Below are positions 55,831 to 64,000 of a stretch of DNA of 64,000 bases, piece after piece (position 1 is the stretch's first letter; each line of letters opens with the position of its first letter). The translations under genes were made by a program, and so were the position numbers. Under the pieces are notes generated by a model that saw nothing but the letters and a program-made list of their open reading frames with translations, searched no databases and had not been told where the DNA came from. Source of the DNA: an uncultured Thermoleophilaceae bacterium (GTDB lineage Bacteria; Actinomycetota; Thermoleophilia; Solirubrobacterales; Thermoleophilaceae). Location of the stretch: assembly GCA_963849605.1 (NCBI GenBank), contig CAWKHX010000002.1, forward strand, positions 398,424 to 462,423, given 5' to 3'.

Positions 55831-55903
55831 TCGGGGCGCCCGGATTTGAACCGGGGACCTCCGCCACCCAAAGGCGGCGCGCTACCAGGCTGCGCCACGC
55901 CCC
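55831..55903 (-). tRNA. tRNA-Pro: tRNA-Pro (anticodon UGG)
   Basis: Hand-folded: acceptor GGGGCGT/CGCCCCG, anticodon loop TTTGGGT, T-loop TTCAAAT. Confidence 0.85.
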
Positions 55904-56012
55904 GATGGGGGCGAGTCTAGGCGTCCACTGGGCTGCAGCTACTTAAAGCCTGCAACGCGGCTTGCCGAACGAACTACCGAGGCCGCCCGCCACGCCCTCC
56001 CTACACGGACGT

Positions 56013-56577
56013 ATGGAGATGACTCGGAGCAACGGACATGCTCGCCGGTATGCGCTCGCCGCCATCGCGGCGGTGGGAGCGTTGGCCCTCGCACCGGCGT
56101 CGGCGTCGGCCGAGCTGCCATCACAAGTACGCGTACCCGGCGGACCTCAGCCAGAAGACCGTCAAGCGGACCACGCTCTGCCTGCTGAACCACCAGCGGA
56201 AGCTTCACGGCCGCCGCGCCCTCGAGCCGAACCGAAAGCTGGCGCGGGCCGCGCGCAAGCACGCGCGCGACATGGTCGAGCGCAGGTACTTCTCTCATAC
56301 GGCCCCCGGCGGCGCCAGCTTCGTCGACCGGATCATGCGCGAGGACTACGTGAACCCTGGCGAGGGCTGGACACTCGGCGAGAACCTCGCATGGGGCAGC
56401 TACCAGCTCGCCACGCCCAAGTCGATCGTCCGGTCATGGATGCACAGCCCGGGCCACCGGGCGAACATCCTGAACCCGGACTTCCACGAGCTCGGCGTCG
56501 GCGTCGTGGAAGGAGCGCCAGAGCCGGGCGTCGAGAGCGCCGCGACGTACGCCACTTCGTTCGGCACGCGCTTGTAG
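56013..56577 (+). pseudogene. secreted CAP/SCP/PR-1-domain protein, frame change near 56105-56120
   Basis: Signal peptide MEMTRSNGHARRYALAAIAAVGALALAPASASA is in one frame. The CAP core (..MVERRYFSHT..GENLAWG..WMHSPGHRANIL) is in the frame of ORF 56038. Confidence 0.7.
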
Positions 56578-56607
56578 CCCACCCACCGCGCTAGGGTCCG
56601 GCGCCGC

Positions 56608-57831
56608 ATGGCCGAGATCCGTCCGCTGCACGCCGTCCGCTACGAACCGTCCGCCGTCGGGTCGCTCGACGCGGTCGCCGCGCCGCCGTACGACGTCATC
56701 GACAGCGACATGCGGGCGAAGCTCGTCAAGAAGAGCCCGTTCAACGTGGTCGAGATCGACCTGCCGGTCGCCGACGACGGCGGCGATGCCTACCTCCATG
56801 CGCAGACGATCTACGAGCACTGGCTTCAGCAGGGCATCCTCATCCACGAGCGCGAGGATTCGATCTGGGCACTGACTCAGAGCTACAAGGGCCCCGACGG
56901 ACGGGACTACCTACGACACGGGTTCTTCGCGCGCGTGCGCGTGGAGGAATACGGCCCCGGCCGCATCCGGCCCCACGAGCGCACGCACCCGGGGCCGAAG
57001 GAGGACCGCCTCAACCTGACCCGCGCGACGCGCGCGAACCTGTCCCCCATCTTCAGCCTGTTCGCGGACCCGGAGGGCGCGGCCTGGAACGCGCTCGAGC
57101 CGCACACGAGCGAGGAGCCGTTCGACGAGACCCGCGACGACGACGGCACGCACAACCGCCTGTGGCGGATCACCGATGCGGCGACGATCGAGCGGGTCGC
57201 GGAGGTGCTCGCCGACAAGGAGCTCCTGATCGCCGACGGCCATCACCGCTACGAGACCGCGCGCGTGTATGCCGAGGAGGTCGGCGGCGAGGGCGAGCAC
57301 AGCTACGTCCTGATGTTCCTGTGCAGCCTGGGCGACCCGGGCCTGACCATCTTCCCCACCCACCGCCTGCTCACGGACCTGAAGGACTCCGCCGTCCAGG
57401 AGCGCCTGGGCGCGGCGATCAAGGAGCACTTCGAGGTCACGCCGATCGACCAGTCCGAACTCGAGCCGCCGTCGGACCTGCCCGGCATCGCGATGGGCTA
57501 CATGGACTCCCACCTCAAGCAGGCCTTCCGCCTGACCCGCCCCGACGACGATCGCCTCGACACGCGCGTGCTCGAGAATCTGATCCTGAGGGACACGCTC
57601 GGCATGACGGATGACGACATCGACCACAAGCGCGGGCTCGACTACTCGAAGAACACCGACGACGCGGTCGACGCCGTGCTCAGCGGCCGCGCCGACGCGG
57701 CCTTCTACATGCGCGGGATCCCGGTCGAGCAGGTGAAGGAGATCGCCGGCGCGGGCGAGTCGATGCCGCCCAAGTCCACCTACTTCTACCCCAAGATCCC
57801 AACGGGCTTGGTCTTTAATCCCCTCGAGTGA
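56608..57831 (+). CDS. DUF1015-domain protein
   Basis: MAEIRPLHAVRY...APPYDVI and ..ADGHHRYETA.. signatures. Confidence 0.8.
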   Translation: MAEIRPLHAVRYEPSAVGSLDAVAAPPYDVIDSDMRAKLVKKSPFNVVEIDLPVADDGGDAYLHAQTIYEHWLQQGILIHEREDSIWALTQSYKGPDGRDYLRHGFFARVRVEEYGPGRIRPHERTHPGPKEDRLNLTRATRANLSPIFSLFADPEGAAWNALEPHTSEEPFDETRDDDGTHNRLWRITDAATIERVAEVLADKELLIADGHHRYETARVYAEEVGGEGEHSYVLMFLCSLGDPGLTIFPTHRLLTDLKDSAVQERLGAAIKEHFEVTPIDQSELEPPSDLPGIAMGYMDSHLKQAFRLTRPDDDRLDTRVLENLILRDTLGMTDDDIDHKRGLDYSKNTDDAVDAVLSGRADAAFYMRGIPVEQVKEIAGAGESMPPKSTYFYPKIPTGLVFNPLE

Positions 57832-58382
57832 CAAAGATCTACACGCGCAAGGGTGACGACGGCTCGACGGGCCTCTGGTACGGCGGCCGAGTGGCCAAGT
57901 CCGGCGGCCGCCCGGAGGCATACGGCGCGGTCGACGAAGCCTGTTCGGCACTCGGGCTGTGCCGGGCCGCTGCCGAGGACGCCGAGCTGAACGCCGACAT
58001 CCTGCGGCTTCAGAACGAGCTCTTCGTCGCGGGCGCCGAGCTCGCGACCGCGCCCGAGGCGGCAAAGCGCCTCCAGGAGGGCGTCTCCAAGGTGACGCCC
58101 GACATGGTCGACGCGCTCGAAGAGGTGATCGACCGTTACATGGAGCGAGTGGACCTGCCGCCCAAGTTCGTGATCCCCGGCGGGACCGAGCTGTCCGCCC
58201 GGCTCGACGTGGCTCGCGCGGCTGTTCGCCGCGCTGAACGCCGGGTAGTGGATCTGAAGCTCGCCGGGGACCTGCCCGACGACACGGTGTTGCGCTACCT
58301 CAATCGCGCATCCGACGCGGTGTACGCGATGGCTCGGTACGCCGACACCGATCAACCTGAGCTTTTCGAAGGGAGAAAATGA
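57828..58382 (+). CDS. PduO-type ATP:cob(I)alamin adenosyltransferase
   Basis: IYTRKGDDGSTGL N-terminus and a helical-bundle core. 4-nt overlap with the upstream gene. Confidence 0.85.
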   Translation: MTKIYTRKGDDGSTGLWYGGRVAKSGGRPEAYGAVDEACSALGLCRAAAEDAELNADILRLQNELFVAGAELATAPEAAKRLQEGVSKVTPDMVDALEEVIDRYMERVDLPPKFVIPGGTELSARLDVARAAVRRAERRVVDLKLAGDLPDDTVLRYLNRASDAVYAMARYADTDQPELFEGRK

Positions 58383-58777
58383 GAGCGATCGCCCGCCGCG
58401 CAGACGGCACCCTCAAGCACGAGATCGAGTTCGGCAGCGACCACCACGTGGTCGCGGACGAGGCCGAGGCCGACGGCGGGACGGACGAGGGCCCCAGCCC
58501 CCAGGAGCTGCTCGCGGCGAGCCTCGCCTCGTGCAGCGCGATCACGATGGAGATGTATGCCAACCGCAAGGGCTGGGACATCGGCGAGGTAATCGTGGAC
58601 GTCGACTACGAGCCCGCGCAGCGTGGCTCGCCGACCAGGTTCCACATGACGGTCAAGCTGCCGAAGGAGCTGCCACAGGATCAGCGCCAGCGCCTGATGC
58701 AGATCGTCGCCAAGTGCCCCGTCCACCGCACGCTGGAGGGCGAGGTCATGTTCGACGAGAAGCTCGAGCTCGTGTGA
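58379..58777 (+). CDS. OsmC-family protein
   Basis: ..PQELLAASLASCSAIT.. and ..KCPVHRTL.. (the two conserved Cys contexts). Confidence 0.85.
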   Translation: MRAIARRADGTLKHEIEFGSDHHVVADEAEADGGTDEGPSPQELLAASLASCSAITMEMYANRKGWDIGEVIVDVDYEPAQRGSPTRFHMTVKLPKELPQDQRQRLMQIVAKCPVHRTLEGEVMFDEKLELV

Positions 58778-59337
58778 CGACGGCGGCCGACCTCCGGCCG
58801 CTGCTTCTCTCGCCCGAGGCGGCGGCCGCGCTGGACGCCCCCGGGACCAAGGACGCTGCGGTACTGGTGCCGCTCTACCTCGACAGCGGTGCGCTGCACG
58901 CGGTCTTCACCAAGCGGCGTGACGACCTCAGGCGCCACGCCGGCGAGATCTCGTTCCCCGGCGGCCGCCAGGACTTCCCCGACGAGGACCTGCGGACCAC
59001 CGCGCTGCGCGAGGCGGAGGAGGAGATCGGCCTCGCGCCCGCCGACGTCGAGCTGGTCGGCGCGCTCGAGCCGGTCGGCACCTTCGTGACGAACTACAAG
59101 ATCCACCCGTTCGTCGGGGTGATCAAGCCGGGCCATTCTTGGACGCCGCAGCCGACGGAGGTCGAGGAGGTGCTCGAGCTGTCGCTGCCGGACCTCCGGC
59201 GAGGCTTCGCGAGTCAGAGGCTGATCCGCAAGGGGGTCCCGTTCAAGACGCCGACATACACCGTGCGCGACTACTTCGTCTGGGGCGCCACGGCCCGGAT
59301 CGTCGAGCACTTGTTACGGCGCTTGGAAGACATCTAG
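58774..59337 (+). CDS. NUDIX hydrolase (CoA pyrophosphatase-like)
   Basis: NUDIX box GGRQDFPDEDLRTTALREAEEEIGL. GTG 58774 overlaps the OsmC stop (GTGTGA). Confidence 0.85.
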   Translation: MTTAADLRPLLLSPEAAAALDAPGTKDAAVLVPLYLDSGALHAVFTKRRDDLRRHAGEISFPGGRQDFPDEDLRTTALREAEEEIGLAPADVELVGALEPVGTFVTNYKIHPFVGVIKPGHSWTPQPTEVEEVLELSLPDLRRGFASQRLIRKGVPFKTPTYTVRDYFVWGATARIVEHLLRRLEDI

Positions 59338-59354
59338 GGGTATCCTCGGCCGAG

Positions 59355-60083
59355 ATGGAACGCGCCAGCCTCCGACCCGTTCCGCAGCGTCCTGCCGGGC
59401 CGGTCGACCCGGCCGAGGCGCTCGCGCACGTCGAGGGCACCCTGCCGGGACTCGACGACCCCGCGCGCCGGGCGCTCGCGCTCGTCGACCTGGTCGGCCG
59501 GACGCGACCCGAAGTGTCCGCAGAGACGGACATCTCCGAGGCGGACCTGGCTGAGGCGCTCGCGCGCGCCCGCAAGGCGCTGCGCCGCGCCGCGTTCCCG
59601 CTCCCAGGGAGCGGCTGGTGCGAGCGTGCGGAGCGGTTGCTCTCAGACGAGCTCGACGGCGTGCTCGCAGATCCCGGGCCGCGCCGACTGGCGGCGCACC
59701 TTGCGAACTGCGACCGCTGCGTCGAGCACGAGCGGCGGCTGTGGCAGGCGCGTGACCAGCTCGTCCTGACCTTCGACGCCGCGCGCGCCCCGGAACCCGC
59801 ACCCGAGATCGCGGACGAGCCCGATCACGAGCCGGTCGAGGCGCCCGACCCCGAGCTGCGACTCGTAGAGGTTCCCGCCCCGGAGGTGCCCGCCCCCGCG
59901 GACCCGGAGCCAGCCGAACCCGAGCCCGTCGAGCCGGAGCCGGCGGAGCCGATCCCCGCGGCGGCCGAGTCCGAGAGCTCTCTGCGCGGCCTCGCATGGG
60001 CCGCCTTCATGGCGATCGCAGTGCTGCTGGCGGTCGTCTCGCTCGCCCTCACGGCCTACGCGATCGCCGGCGGCGGCATCTAG
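59355..60083 (+). CDS. membrane-anchored zf-HC2 (ZAS-type) anti-sigma-like protein with an N-terminal sigma-region-4-like HTH and a Pro/Glu-rich linker
   Basis: HLANCDRCVEHE (H-x3-C-x2-C), the linker PAPEVPAPADPEPAEPEPVEPEPAEP, and a C-terminal TM helix. Confidence 0.65.
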   Translation: MERASLRPVPQRPAGPVDPAEALAHVEGTLPGLDDPARRALALVDLVGRTRPEVSAETDISEADLAEALARARKALRRAAFPLPGSGWCERAERLLSDELDGVLADPGPRRLAAHLANCDRCVEHERRLWQARDQLVLTFDAARAPEPAPEIADEPDHEPVEAPDPELRLVEVPAPEVPAPADPEPAEPEPVEPEPAEPIPAAAESESSLRGLAWAAFMAIAVLLAVVSLALTAYAIAGGGI

Positions 60084-60454
60084 CCGCCCAACACCTCCGC
60101 CACGGCCGCGGCGAGGTCGTCGCCGGGTGAGACCACCGCGCACGGAATCCTGAACGTCGCGCGCGCACGCGCGACTATCTCCTCGCCTCCCGGATGGTCG
60201 GACGAACGCTCGTACACGAGGCCGCGCACGGGCGTGTCGACCAGATACTCGACGAGCGACGCGAGGCGGTCGCCATGGAGCGCCTCCGGCCCGGACTCGC
60301 CGAAGAGCCAGCACACGACGGTCACGCCCTCCAGCCGCGGCGTGAGGGTCGCGAGCCTGTCGGGATCGACGCCGTCCGCCTCCTCGACGACGTGCCCGGA
60401 CGACTCCAGCTCGCGGGCGCGGCCCGGCTCCCCCACCACCAGGATTCGCGCCAC
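60080..60454 (-). CDS. hypothetical small soluble protein (124 aa)
   Basis: GTG 60454 ([11 protein letters not shown]..) shares one nucleotide with the upstream stop (TAGTG). Confidence 0.5.
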   Translation of the reverse strand: MARILVVGEPGRARELESSGHVVEEADGVDPDRLATLTPRLEGVTVVCWLFGESGPEALHGDRLASLVEYLVDTPVRGLVYERSSDHPGGEEIVARARATFRIPCAVVSPGDDLAAAVAEVLGG

Positions 60455-60744
60455 TACTCGTCCTTCAGGTCCCGCGCGCGCTCCTGCTGGTCGAGCAGGT
60501 CCCGCTCGACCTCGAGCCGGATCTCGTCCTCCGTCAGCTCCGGCCGCCCGGTGCGGCGCCGGCGCTCGTTCGACGCCTCGAGCATCTCGTCGATGTCCTC
60601 GATCTCGAGCCGGATCTCGTCCTCGTAGGAGCGCGTCGGCTGCCAGTCGAGCACGTCGGCGCCCGTCCCCGGATACCACTTGCCGATCGCGAGGAAAACG
60701 ACCAGCAGAAGCGCCAGCGCGATGAGGACGGCGAGCAACTCCAC
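60454..60744 (-). CDS. small N-terminally anchored protein with a charged, internally repeated tail
   Basis: [21 protein letters not shown].. followed by [15 protein letters not shown] and [13 protein letters not shown]. Confidence 0.55.
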   Translation of the reverse strand: MELLAVLIALALLLVVFLAIGKWYPGTGADVLDWQPTRSYEDEIRLEIEDIDEMLEASNERRRRTGRPELTEDEIRLEVERDLLDQQERARDLKDE

Positions 60745-60768
60745 CGCACGAGTCTACGATCTGCGCCA

Positions 60769-61971
60769 ATGACGAACGCCTGGATAGTCGACGCGCTCCG
60801 CACCCCGATCGGCCGCTACGGCGGCGAGCTGGCGACCGTGCGGCCGGACGACCTCGCGGCGCGGGTGATCGAAGCCGCGGTCGAGCGGAACGGGATCGAC
60901 GGCTCGGCCGTCGAGGACGTCTACTTCGGCTGCACCAACGGCGCGGGCGAGGACAACCGCAACGTCGCCCGAATGGGCGCCCTGCTGGCCGGGCTGCCCG
61001 TCGAGGTGCCGGGCGTGACCGTCAACCGCCTATGCGCGTCCGGGCTCGAGGCGATCGCGCAGGGCGCGCGCTCGATCATGACCGGCGACGGCGACATCCT
61101 GCTGGCGGGCGGGGTCGAGTCGATGACCAGGTCACCCTTCGTGATGCTGAAGCCCGACCGCGCGTTCCCCCGCGGCGAGCGCGAGCTGGTCGACACGACA
61201 ATCGGCTGGCGGTTCGTCAACCCGCGGATGGAGGAGAACTACTCGACCGAGTCAATGGGCGGCACGGCCGAGAACGTCGCCGCGCGCTACGACGTCTCAC
61301 GCGAGGACCAAGACGCTTTCGCCCTCGAGTCGCATCGACGCGCGATCGCCGCGCGCGAGGCCGGGAAGTTCGACGAGGAGATCGTCACCGTCGACGCGCC
61401 GCAGCCGAAGGGGCCGCCGGTGACCGTCCACTCCGACGAGGGGCCGCGCGCGGACACGACGCTCGAGAAGCTCGCAAAGCTCCGCCCGGCGTTCCGCGAG
61501 GGCGGCACCGTCACCGCGGGTAACTCCTCGCAGATCAACGACGGCGCGGCGTGCCTGGTGCTCGCCTCGGACGAGGGGCTCAAGCAGCTGGGCGACCCGC
61601 AGCCGCTCGCGCGCGTCGTGTCGGTCGGGGCCGCCGGGGTCGACCCCGCCTACATGGGCGTCGGCCCGGTGCCGGCGATGCGGAAGGCGCTCGGCCGCGC
61701 CGGCGTGTCGGTCGAAGACCTCGACCTGGTCGAGCTGAACGAGGCTTTCGCGGCGCAGGTCCTCGCGTCGATGCGCGAGCTCGAGATCCCGCACGAGAAG
61801 CTGAACGTGAACGGCGGGGCGATCGCGCTCGGCCACCCGCTCGGCTGCTCGGGCGCGCGCCTCGTGACGACCCTGACATGGGAGATGCGCCGCCGCGGGG
61901 CCAAGCTGGGCGCAGCGACCATGTGCATCGGCGTCGGCCAAGGGCTGGCGATGGTCGTCGAGGCCGCCTAA
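60769..61971 (+). CDS. acetyl-CoA C-acetyltransferase (thiolase II)
   Basis: [38 protein letters not shown]. Confidence 0.9.
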   Translation: MTNAWIVDALRTPIGRYGGELATVRPDDLAARVIEAAVERNGIDGSAVEDVYFGCTNGAGEDNRNVARMGALLAGLPVEVPGVTVNRLCASGLEAIAQGARSIMTGDGDILLAGGVESMTRSPFVMLKPDRAFPRGERELVDTTIGWRFVNPRMEENYSTESMGGTAENVAARYDVSREDQDAFALESHRRAIAAREAGKFDEEIVTVDAPQPKGPPVTVHSDEGPRADTTLEKLAKLRPAFREGGTVTAGNSSQINDGAACLVLASDEGLKQLGDPQPLARVVSVGAAGVDPAYMGVGPVPAMRKALGRAGVSVEDLDLVELNEAFAAQVLASMRELEIPHEKLNVNGGAIALGHPLGCSGARLVTTLTWEMRRRGAKLGAATMCIGVGQGLAMVVEAA

Positions 61972-62004
61972 AGGGGTCAGACCCTCCCCGGGGGTCTGAC
62001 CCCT
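61972..62004 (+). terminator. stem-loop (12-13 bp perfect stem) immediately after the thiolase stop
   Basis: AGGGGTCAGACC(C) ..loop.. (G)GGTCTGACCCCT. There is no clear T-tract after it. Confidence 0.55.
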
Positions 62005-62024
62005 TCGGGTACGGTCGCTCGTGC

Positions 62025-62423
62025 ATGAGCACGAGCATCGAAGTCGTCAACCAGGCCTACCACGCGTTCAAGGCCCTCGATGCCGAGGCTCTGACCGCGC
62101 TCGCCGACCCGGAGATCGAGTTCGGCACCTCCGCGGCCGCCCCGGGCGGCACCTATCGCGGCCATACGGGCATCAGGCGCTACGTCAAGGAGATCGAGGG
62201 CGCGTTCGGTAGCCGCTGGGACGCCGAGGTAGAGCGGATCGCGGACGTCGGCGATGACCGCGTGATCCTGGTCGCGCGCATCTTCGGCCAGGGCAAGGCC
62301 GGGGAGCAGCTAGAGCTGCACGTCGCGCACGTCTGGGAGCTGAGGGACGGGAAGCTGCTGCGCGGCACCGTGTACCTCGACCCCGAGGCGGCGCTCGACG
62401 CGGTCGAAGCCGCGACGCGCTAG
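62025..62423 (+). CDS. SnoaL/NTF2-like small protein
   Basis: MSTSIEVVNQAYHAFKALDAEAL.. with ATG 62025 in frame within track ORF 61551..62423. Confidence 0.7.
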   Translation: MSTSIEVVNQAYHAFKALDAEALTALADPEIEFGTSAAAPGGTYRGHTGIRRYVKEIEGAFGSRWDAEVERIADVGDDRVILVARIFGQGKAGEQLELHVAHVWELRDGKLLRGTVYLDPEAALDAVEAATR

Positions 62424-62584
62424 GTCGGGATCTCGTCCGGGACCCGCTCGCGCTCGTCCTGGGTCAGCTCTTCCAGCGCAGTCAGGAAGTGCTCGAGCGC
62501 CTGTGCGCGCTCGAGGTCGCCGACGATGAAGGCCTGTTCGACGCAGGCCCACACCTGGTGCATGAGCTGTACTCGGTCCGTCAT
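62420..62584 (-). CDS. small hypothetical protein (54 aa), below the ORF-track size cutoff
   Basis: My own translation: MTDRVQLMHQVWACVEQAFIVGDLERAQALEHFLTALEELTQDERERVPDEIPT. GGAGAA lies about 8 nt upstream. High GC3. Confidence 0.4.
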   Translation of the reverse strand: MTDRVQLMHQVWACVEQAFIVGDLERAQALEHFLTALEELTQDERERVPDEIPT

Positions 62585-62668
62585 AGGAGGGCTTCTCCGA
62601 AGCTACACCCGTGATACCCGACTCGCAGCCCCAACCCTGCTGTTTGGCCGTATGTACGATGCCGCGTC

Positions 62669-63827
62669 TTGATCGACTTCGAGCTCACCGACGAGCAGCG
62701 CCTGATCCGGGAGACCGCGCGGGATTTCGCCGACGGGGAGATCATCCCCGTGGCCCGGGATAACGACCGCAACGAGCGGTTCGACCTCGACCTGGTCAAG
62801 AAGATCGCCGACATGGGCTTCCTCGGGGCGATCGTCGCCGAGGAGTACGGCGGCCGCGGGCTCGACTACCTGACGTACGGGCTGATCGTGGAGGAGATCG
62901 GGCGCGGCGACTCGTCCGCCCGCACCGTCGTCTCGGTCCAGACCTCGCTCGTCTGCAGCTCGATCGAGCGCTGGGGCACCGAGGAGCAGAAGCACGAGTG
63001 GCTCCCGCGGCTGTGCTCGGGCGAGATCCTCGGCTGCTTCGGCCTGACCGAGCCGAACACGGGCTCCGACGCGGCGAACCTCTCCACGCGCGCGAAGAAG
63101 ATCGACGGCGGCTGGTCGATCTCCGGCCAGAAGCAGTGGATCTCGATGGGGAACTACGCAAAGGTCGCGCTCGTCTTCGCCCAGACCGAGCCGGAGAAGA
63201 AGCACAAGGGCCTCGCCGCCTTCCTCGTCCCCACCGACTCCGACGGGTTCTCCTCCAGCGAGATCCACGGCAAGCTCGGCCTGCGCGCGTCGGACACGGC
63301 GGAGCTGTCATTGGACGCGGTCGAGGTGCTCGGACGAAGCGTTGCTCGGCGAGATCGGCGACGGCTTCAAGGTCGCGATGAGCGCACTCGACTCGGGCCG
63401 TTTCAGCGTGGCCGCAGGGTGCGTCGGGATCTGCCAGGGCTGCGTCGACGCGTCGGTCGAGTACTCGAAGCAGCGGATCCAGTTCGACCGGCCGATCGCG
63501 AGCTTCCAGCTCGTGCAGGAGATGATCGCCGACATGGTCGTGGACACGCACGCGGCCCGGTCGCTCGTTTGGCAGGCCGGGTGGCTGAAGGACCAGAAGC
63601 GGCCGAACACGATGGAGACCTCGGTCGCGAAGCTCTTCGCCACCGAGGCTGCCGTGCGCTCCGCCAACAACGCGATCCAGGTTCATGGCGGCTCGGGCTA
63701 CGTCGACGACTATCCCGTCGAGCGCTACCTGCGCGACGCGCGCGTCACGACCCTCTACGAAGGAACCTCGCAGATCCAGAAGCTCATCATCGGGCGCGCC
63801 GCGACCGGTGTGAACGCGATGACCTGA
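62669..63827 (+). pseudogene. acyl-CoA dehydrogenase (short/butyryl-type), frame change near 63328-63332
   Basis: ..GLTEPNTGSDA..LSLDAVEV (frame of ORF 62669) continues as (P)DEALLGEIGDGFKV..YEGTSQIQKLIIGR (frame of ORF 63342). Removing T 63330 restores GTG CCG GAC GAA GCG. Confidence 0.8.
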
Positions 63828-63831
63828 GCCG

Positions 63832-64000
63832 GTGAGCGTGCCGAGCCGCCTGGGCGTCGTCGGCGCCGGCACGATGGGTGCCGGGATCGCTCAACTGGGC
63901 GCGCTCGCCGGAATCGAGACCCACGTGCACGATCCCGTCGCGGACGCGCTCGCGAACGGGATCGAGAAGACCCGCGCCAACCTCGCCAAGGGGGCCGAGC
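63832..64000 (+). CDS. 3-hydroxyacyl-CoA (3-hydroxybutyryl-CoA) dehydrogenase, 3' end cut by window edge
   Basis: My own translation: VSVPSRLGVVGAGTMGAGIAQLGALAG.. (NAD-binding GxGxxG). Confidence 0.75.
   Translation, partial: MSVPSRLGVVGAGTMGAGIAQLGALAGIETHVHDPVADALANGIEKTRANLAKGAE

Noticed and set aside
59800-59960. A tandem DNA repeat (GAGCC/CCGGAG-rich) as a non-coding repeat array
   Set aside because: It lies inside a continuous ORF and simply encodes the Pro/Glu/Ala-rich linker of the anti-sigma-like protein.

Overview
The window is a high-GC, actinobacterial-type chromosomal segment (my guess is Thermoleophilia/Rubrobacteria-like; this cannot be proven from the sequence). I support about 75 protein-coding genes, 3 tRNA genes (His, Arg, Pro; all on the minus strand), several repeats and operator-like sites, and no CRISPR array, rRNA or transposase. 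All family names come from motifs I recognised by eye in the translated ORF track; no BLAST or HMM search was run.

Gene content, in order:
- folE.
- A DevS/DevR-like two-component pair next to a USP / copper nitrite reductase (NirK) / FAD-oxidoreductase operon.
- A ZIP transporter, a GT4 glycosyltransferase, dinB and an MMPL transporter.
- A translationally coupled membrane operon: a small TM protein, an HTTM (SdpB / vitamin-K-carboxylase-like) protein with a DCC-like tail, and a secreted alpha/alpha-toroid protein fused to a MarC-like domain.
- A co-directional LAL regulator / P450 / S1C protease / YdeP-type molybdoenzyme / FdhD block.
- A secreted tannase-like hydrolase.
- An HD-GYP / pseudo-receiver / LuxR fusion divergent from a PAS-LuxR gene.
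- A TetR locus with duplicated palindromic operators.
- Housekeeping genes: UXS, a thiolase / ACAD / HBD beta-oxidation set, a PduO-type adenosyltransferase, OsmC and NUDIX.

Strongest observation from the sequence itself: an 11.5 kb accessory stretch (42.1-53.7 kb) is bracketed and split by three exact copies of the 44-nt 3' half of tRNA-His. This defines two tandem islands. One carries K+/Na+ homeostasis genes. The other carries HigBA, an ECF sigma/anti-sigma pair and a methyltransferase. The two islands have homologous ends and no recombinase gene.

Caveat: at least ten genes are broken by single-nucleotide frame changes, several of them in homopolymer runs. This looks more like consensus indel error than real gene decay, so every 'pseudogene' call below carries that caveat.
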